DNA from: Burkholderiales bacterium | GTDB lineage: Bacteria; Pseudomonadota; Gammaproteobacteria; Burkholderiales; SG8-39 | DNA length: 64,000 bases | Direction: 5' to 3' | Assembly: GCA_049651845.1 (NCBI GenBank) | Contig: JBASCW010000042.1 | Location: forward strand, 37,235 to 101,234 | Shown: positions 19,116 through 26,400 of the stretch, one piece after another | Position numbering within the stretch: the stretch's first letter is position 1 | How the letters are laid out: every line of letters starts with the position of its first letter | The notes under the pieces: generated by a model | Databases searched by the model: none | What the model was told of the DNA's origin: nothing | The model's input: only the letters and a program-made list of their open reading frames with translations | Made by a program: the position numbers and the translations under genes

Positions 19116-19131
19116 TGTGCGGCTGCGCACA
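19116..19131 (-). promoter_or_regulatory. Island box i (TGTGCGCAGCCGCACA toward HK-RR-Crp operon)
   Basis: 11/12 positions, 6-4-6 palindrome; GAC then CATGGT at +22..27. Confidence 0.55.
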
Positions 19132-19144
19132 TAGCGGGCCGGAT

Positions 19145-19983
19145 TCAGGGCGACGGGCAGGGCGCCTCGAAGCGGCGCGCCGCGTCGGACCAGTCGACGA
19201 CGGTCCACCACTGCTTCAGGTAGTCGCCGCGGCGGTTCTCGTAATTCAGGTAGTAGGCGTGTTCCCAGACGTCGTTCACGAGCAGCGGGTACTGGCCCTG
19301 CACGAGGGGATTGCCGTGCCCGAAGGTGGTCAGGATCTCGAGCCTGCCGTCGTTGTGCTGCGACCGGGTCAGCCAAATCCAGCCCGAGCCGAAGTAGTTC
19401 GCGCCCGCATCCTAGAATTGCGACTTGAACCGCTCGAAGCTGCCGAATTCGTCGTTGATCGCAGCGGCCAGCGCACCCGTGGGCGCGCCGCCCCCGTCGG
19501 GTGACATGGCGCGCCAGAACAGGCTGTGATTGACGTAGCCGCCGGCATTGTTGCGGATCGCCGCCTGCGCGGCATCAGGGATGCGGATGAGATTGAGCAG
19601 CAGCCAGGCCGCCGAACGCTGGTGCGGATCCGGATACTGCTCGATCGCCGAGTTCAGCTTCTTCACGTACGACGCGTGATGCTTGCCGTGATGCAGCTGC
19701 ATGGTGCGCGCGTCGATGTGCGGCTCCAGCGCGTCGTGCGCGTAGGGCAGGGCCGGGAGCAGGTGCTTCGCGCAAGGTTCCACTAGATCGTCCATCTGGG
19801 CGCCGATGCGGGCGGGCTGGCGTAGTGCTCGGTCGGCGCAGGCGACGGCATGGGCTTGCGCTTGTCGGGCACCGCGCCGCCCGCAGCGCCACGCGCAGGC
19901 GGCACATAGGCCGACTGATGGATCGCCGCCGCGGTGGCGGCGGGTACCAGCAGGAGCAGCGCAAGGATGACCGCGTGTTTCAT
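19145..19983 (-). pseudogene. Fe/Mn superoxide dismutase, disrupted (in-frame TAG at 19412-19414; signal-peptide ORF in a different frame)
   Basis: LPALPYAHDALEPHIDARTMQLHHGKHH...FKSQF*DAGANYFGSGWIWL...DVWEHAYYLNYENRRGDY; the 66-aa MKHAVILALLLLVPAATAAA ORF (19783-19983) overlaps the SOD ATG (19795) out of frame. Confidence 0.6.
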
Positions 19984-20016
19984 GCCGCGATTGTCGTTTC
20001 GCCAGCCGGGCGTTTC

Positions 20017-20032
20017 TGTGCGTTGTCGAACA
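20017..20032. promoter_or_regulatory. Island box j (TGTGCGTTGTCGAACA), equidistant from two divergent ATGs
   Basis: 10/12 positions; 33 nt to ATG 19983 (-) and 33 nt to ATG 20066 (+); GACAAT and TAAATA at +22..27. Confidence 0.55.
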
Positions 20033-20065
20033 GAACTGCGCGTCGTTCTGGCGTAAATACGCAGT

Positions 20066-20293
20066 ATGAAATCCTTCCTCGTCGCCGGAATCGTCATGAT
20101 CGTGCTGGGCGGAATCTCGCTCGGCTACAACTACACCTACACGACCAAGGAGACGGTGCTCCAGGTCGGGCCGCTCAAGGCCGTTGCCGAGGAGTCGCAT
20201 ACCGTGGCGGTGCCGGCGATCCTGGGGTGGGTGCTCGTCGTCGGCGGCATCTGCGTGGTCGCCTTCGGCGCCCTATCCAAGAAGAGTTCGTAA
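20066..20293 (+). CDS. Small two-TM membrane protein (75 aa)
   Basis: MKSFLVAGIVMIVLGGISLG...ILGWVLVVGGICVVAFGAL; two hydrophobic helices; box 33 nt upstream. Confidence 0.6.
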   Translation: MKSFLVAGIVMIVLGGISLGYNYTYTTKETVLQVGPLKAVAEESHTVAVPAILGWVLVVGGICVVAFGALSKKSS

Positions 20294-20366
20294 GGCAAGA
20301 AGATGAACATCACACTGGGGCTTGCACCGCTGGTTTCACTGCTCGCGGGCAATTTCCGCTTCTGAC

Positions 20367-20477
20367 ATGGCCAAAGGTCAGCTCAGAAGCAACCGCGAGA
20401 AGAAGAAGCCCAAGCAGGCCAAGAAGCCCGTGATCCCGCCTTCGCCGTTCAGGCTGCCGGCGCCAAAAGCTCGATAG
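20367..20477 (+). CDS. Possible small basic protein (36 aa), low confidence
   Basis: MAKGQLRSNREKKKPKQAKKPVIPPSPFRLPAPKAR; not in the track; overlaps the 3' end of the convergent glucan synthase gene by 29 nt. Confidence 0.3.
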   Translation: MAKGQLRSNREKKKPKQAKKPVIPPSPFRLPAPKAR

Positions 20478-23400
20478 GCTGCCGGCGCAGCGTCACCTCG
20501 ACCTGGTGTTCGGCCCGGTCGTCGACGAGCGCTATCGTCGAGTCCGCCTGCAGGACGCCGTCCACGCTCACTGTCATTGCGGCGTCGCCGCCGGTGGCCT
20601 GGCGCAAGGCGATGCGGTACATGGTTTCCTTGTGGCGGTAGCGCAGTTCGAGCCCCTGCCAGTCGGCGGGCAAGCACGGTGCGAAATGCAGCTTGTCCGC
20701 GGCCAGCCTCAGACCCAACAGCGATTCAAGGATCAGCCTGTACATCCAGCCGGCCGAGCCGGTGTACCAGGTCCAGCCGCCGCGCCCGGTATGAGGCGGA
20801 ACCGCATAGACGTCGGCGGCGACGACATAGGGCTCCACTTTGTAGACGGCGATCCCCTCGGGCGTGTCGCCGTGGTGCAGGGGGTTGATCATGTCGAGCA
20901 GTTCCCAGGCCCGCACCGCATCGCCCTGCGCGGCAAATGCCATCGACGCCCAGATCGCCGCATGCGTGTACTGCCCGCCGTTCTCCCGCACGCCGGGCAC
21001 ATAGCCGCGGATGTAGCCTGGATCCAGCTCGGAGCGATCGAACGGCGGATCGAGCAGCTGCACGAGCGCGTGGTCGCGGCGCACCAGCCGCTGATCCAGC
21101 GCGTTCATCGCCAGCTTGGAGCGCTCGGGGGTACCCGCGCCGGACAGCACGGACCAGCTTTGCGCGATGGAATCGATCTGGCATTCGGCGTTGGCCGCGG
21201 ATCCCAGCGGCGTGCCGACATCGAAATAGGCGCGGCGATACCAGCCGCCGTCCCAGGCGTGCGCTTCGATGTTCCTGCGCAGGCGGACGGCTTCGCTCTC
21301 GCAGCGCTCGGCGAATGGTGCGTCGTTCTCGCCGCGCGCGAGCACGGCGAACTGCGTGAGCACCTGATACAGAAAGAAGCCGAGCCAGACGCTCTCGCCC
21401 CTGCCCTGCGCGCCCACCAGGTTCATGCCGTCGTTCCAGTCGCCCGAGCCCATCAGCGGCAGGCCGTGGAATCCCATGCGCAGGCCGTTCTCGATGGCCC
21501 GTACGCAATGCTGATACAGGCTCGCCGCTTGCAGCGAGCGCAGCGGCAGGTCGTAATACGAATCCTCGTCGGCATTCACGGGGCGACCGTCGAGAAACTG
21601 GATCTGCTCCTTCAGGACTGCGCTGTCCCCGGTGCAGGAAACGTAGCGGCAGGTCGCCAGCGGCAGCCACAGATAATCGTCGGAGCAACGCGTGCGCACG
21701 CCGCGCCCGGAAGGCGGGTGCCACCAGTGCTGGACATCGCCCTCGAGGAACTGGCGGGATGCGCACAGCAGCAAATGCTCGCGCACCAGCTGCGGAGACG
21801 CATGAACCAGGGCCATGACGTCCTGCAGCTGATCGCGGAATCCGAACGCGCCACCCGACTGGTAATGGCCGCTGCGCCCCCACAGGCGGGACGCCATCGT
21901 CTGGTAGAGCAGCCAGCCGTTGCAGAGCACGTCGAGCGACGGATCGGGCGTCTCGATCTGTACGACGCCTAGCGTGGTCTTCCAGTACTGCCGGACCGCT
22001 TCCAGCGCCACGCTCGCGGTGCTGGACTTGCGCAGGCGCTGCACCAGGCGGCTCGCGTCGTCGGTGCCGCGCCCGACGCCCAGGCGGAAGATGATCTCGC
22101 GCGACGATCCGTCGGCGAGGTCGAATGGGACCTGGATCGCGGCGCAGGGGTCCATGGCGGCGCCCACCCTGCCGGAAAGCCGTGCGCGCTCGAGGGCGGC
22201 CGGATTGCGCAACGTGCCATTGCGCCCGATGAACTCGGTGCGATCGCCGCTGAGGGTGCGCGTCACGTCGTCCACGTCGAAGAATGCAACCTGCTCCCCG
22301 AACTCCGGGTTGTAGGCGTTGCGCGCGAGCAGCGCGCCGCTGTTGGGATCGATCTCGGTGACCACGTGCATGCTCGATTTCGATCGCAATGCGCCCAATA
22401 CCCACTCGACATAGCCGGTTGCGGAGAGCCGGCGCGGCCGGCCCGAGCCGTTGCGCACCTTGAGGACCGCGAATTTGACCGGCGAATCGAGGTCCACGTA
22501 CACCGTCAGCTCGGTGGCGATGCCGCCCTCGCTGTGCTCGAAGACGCTGTAGCCGAAGCCGTGCCGGCTGACGTAGTTGCCCGTTCCGGGGCAGGGCAGC
22601 GCGGTCGGCGACCAGACCTGCCCGGTCTCTTCATCGCGCAGGTAATAGGCTTCGCCGCTGGCATCCCCGACCGAATCGTTGTGCCAGGGGCTGAGGCGGA
22701 ACTCGTGCGCGTTCTCATGCCAGGTGTAGGCCGCGCCGCTTTCGGAGATCACGCAGCCGAAATGCGGATTGGCCAGTACGTTGACCCAGGGTGCCGGGGT
22801 CGCCTGCGCAGTCGTCGTCGTGATCACGTATTCGCGCCCGTCGGGCGTGAAACCGCCCAGTCCGTTGGCGAGGGCCAGCTCGCGAGGCGGCACGGCGGCC
22901 TCGTCCGCAGCGGCGGCACCGCGCGCCGTTTCAGCTGCGCGCAGGCGGCTGGCGGCAAAGGGTGCCATGGCGGCTTCGACCTCGGGGCGCTGCTTGACCT
23001 GCTCCTTGAGGGTCCCCTGGCTGTCGGTGAACACGGCGCGGGCGACCGACTGCAACAGGATGCGGTCCTCGTTCGAGATCTGTTCGGCGGATCGCACGAA
23101 GATTCCGCCCGGCCGGTCGATGACGTGCGCTTCCACCCCGGCGGCGATCAGCCCCATGATCTGGTCGTGCAGCAGCTGGCGGTAGCCGCCCCGCTCCTCG
23201 TTCCAGATCACCAGGTCCACGGCCAGTCCCTTCAGACGCCAGTAGGCGTGGGCCTGCACCAGCTGGCGTACCAGCTCGATGTTGGCGGGGTCCCTCAACT
23301 GCACCAGCACGATGGGCAGGTCCCCCGAGATCGCGTAGCCCCACAAGCCGGACTGCCCGCGGCGGTTCTTGGCGATGACGCTCGCTTCGGCGCGCAACGA

Positions 23401-26400
23401 GGCATTGGCGTAGATGATCGAGCTGGCCAGGCGCCCGTAGAGCTGCGCTTCGGCCTCGGTGACGTTGATCTGTCGTAGCGCGACCTGGCTGTGCGTCCAT
23501 GCCATTTCGAATGCGCGGTCGGCGAGGCGCCGATCCTGGTATTTCTCCACCAGCTGGAGGCAGCCCGCGCGGCTGTCGCCGACGCCGATGACCAGGTCCA
23601 GCGTGGCCGTCTGCGCCGGCTCGAGGGTGACGCGCTGCCGGATGGCGACGATCGGGTCAAGCACCGAGCCCTCGCTGCCCGAGAGCGGAGCGGGATCGCG
23701 CAGCGCCTGCGGCGCGGCGACGCTGTTGCCGCGGCCGACGAAGCGAGCGCGGTCCGTCTCGTAGGAAACGGCCTCCACTTCTGCGCCATGCACCGCCATC
23801 AGGTGCAGCATCCACGGTGTCGTCTCGCCGCGCGAGCGCGGCCGGCGCGTGCACAGGATCGCCTGGCGCGCGGCAATGATCTCGGTCTGCACGAACAGGC
23901 TGCTGAACGCCGGATGGAGCGCGTCGGCGGAGGGGGAGGCGAGCACCACCTCCGCATAGCTGGTCACTTCGATCGTGCGGCGCGATCGCGAACGGTTGGT
24001 GACGCGTACCCGGCGCAGCTCGATATCATCCTCCGGCGACACCACGATCTCGGTATGCGTGTCGAAGTTCGCGTCGTGGCGGCGGAATTCCACGCGCTGC
24101 TCGGTGAAGATCGCCTCGTAGGATTCGGTACGCTTGAGCGCAGGCTGAAGCGCGCAAGACCAGACCTGGCCGCTCGCGGTGTCGCGCAGGTAGCAGAACG
24201 AGCCCCAGTTGTCGGCGGTGCTGTCCTCGTGCCAGCGCGTGACGGCGAGGTCCTTCCAGCGGCTGTAGCCGCCGCCGGCGTTCGTGATCATCACGTTGTA
24301 GCGGCCATTGGAGAGCAGTTGCACGCCCGGGATCCTCGTATCCGGCGTGCTGAAGACGCGCATCGGCATCTCGGGAATCTCCGCGACAGCGCGAAAATCG
24401 ATCCATTCGGGAATCGTCGAGTACGACGCCGTGGCCCTCGGCACCCGCTCCTGCAGCAGCAGCAGGGTCGCCTGGAAGAGCGGATCCGAGACGAAGCGCC
24501 GCTGCATCGGCCGGTCGAGCAGGACGTGGGACAGGGCGAGGAAGCTCATGCCCTGGTGGTGGGCCATGAACGAACGCACGACCGCGCTGGTCTCCGCGCG
24601 GCGCAGGCGCGCGGGCGTGTAGTCGATCGCCTCGTAGAAGCCGAATTTGCCTAGCAGGCCGTCGGCCGCGAGCCGCTTCAGGTTGGCGCACGCCGCCTCG
24701 GGCGCGACCATCAGTGCGAGCGCCGTGGCATACGGCGCGATCACCAGGTCCTCGCTCAGGCCGCGCTTGAGGCCGAGGCCCGGAACGCCGAAAGCACGGT
24801 ACTGGTAATTGAGCGCTGCATCGACCGTGTTGTACCCGCACTCCGACATGCCCCACGGCACGCCGCGTTGCGCGCCATAGTCGATCTGGCGCCGGACCGC
24901 TGCGCGGCAGCTCTCATCGATCAGCGTGTTCTCATAGCTGGGCATCACCAGCAGCGGCATCAGGTACTCGAACATCGAGCCGCTCCAGGACAGCAGCGTC
25001 GCTCCGCTGCCCGCGTTGGTGAGCAGCCGTCCGAGCGCAAACCAGCTCTGCTGCGGCAGCTGCCCCTGGGCGATGGCGACGAAACTGGTCAGGCGCGCTT
25101 CCGATGCGAGCAGGTCGTAGTAGCTGGCATCGCGCCTGCGCTCGGTCGCGTGGTGTCCGCGCCTGCGCTCGGTGACGTTGTGCCCGATCATCAGCAGATG
25201 CCGCACGTCGTCGTACAGGAAGTTGTAATCCATGCGTGCCATTTCGCCCGCCTGCAGGGCGAGTTGCGCGATTTCCTCCATGCGTGCGCGCGCGGCGGAA
25301 ACGCCTCGCGCAGCCAGCTCGCGCAGCGTGGGTATGCCGTGCTCGCCCGGCATCGCGGAGGGCGGCGCCAGCAGGCGCAGTTCGCCCAGGGCATCCCGGC
25401 ACTGGCGATCGAGCGCGCGTACCCAGGCGGCGTGCTCTGAATCCGATTTCTCTCCCAGCTCTGCCAGCACCAGTGCGGCGTCCTTCGCCAGCGCATCGAG
25501 CATCCGTCGCGAGGCAGCGAGCGTGGCTGGGCGGTCCGCCAGCGCCGATTCGAGCTGATGCCGGAAACTGCGCAGCGCATTCGTGGACGCCGCTGGCGCG
25601 CAAGCGTGTAGCGCGTGAAGGGTGTCTTCCAGGCCTTCCCGCCAGCGCGCCGCGAGGATGGGCTGATCGGCCAGCGCGGCGATGCCCGGCCGCAGCGTCA
25701 GCAGGTGGCCCGCCAGGTTGCCGCTGTCGACCGTGGAAACGTACATCGGCAGCAGCGGCAGCAGCGAGGCGGTATCGTACCAGTTGTAGAAGTGGCCGCG
25801 GTAGCGTTCCAGCTTGTGCATTGTCGCGAACGCATTGCGCGTACGCTCGATGAGCGTGCCTGCGGACACATAGCCGAAATCGTACGCCGAGAGGTTCGCG
25901 AGCAAAGACAGCCCCATATTCGTGGGGGAGGTGCGGCGGGCGAGCGCCGTGGCTGGACTCTCCTGGTAGTTGTCCGGCGGCAGCCAGTGGTCTTCCGGCC
26001 CTACGAAGGTCTCGAAGAAAGCCCAGGTCTTGCGGGAAACCAGGCGCAGGAACGAGATCTGCTCCGGGGAGAGTACCGCCTGCGGTCGCTCAAGCGGCCG
26101 GCCCAGCCACCAAGCGAGCAGCGGAGACGCGAGCCACAGGAGCAGGATCGGAACGGCCACCGCCAACGCTCCGGGGCGCACCTGCAAGAGGTACACCGCC
26201 GTGCTGATCGCCACGATCGGCGCGATCCACATCTGGCGTAGGGAATCCGTAAAGCGGCCGCCGGGATCGAGCTCGCTCGAGGCCGTCCACTCGAGTAGGT
26301 GCCGGCGCGTGATGAGGACGCGCACCGAGGTGCGCAGGATCGCGTCCAGGCTGGTGCTGGCCTCAAAGGGCAGGCAGGCGAACGTGAACACCGTCTGCGC

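Noticed and set aside
19412-19414. The in-frame TAG in the SOD as pyrrolysine or programmed read-through
   Set aside because: TAG is used as an ordinary stop by neighbouring genes (for example 13717-13719 and 4199-4201). No pyl genes are visible, and the locus also shows a frame break at the signal peptide. A pseudogene or sequencing error is simpler.
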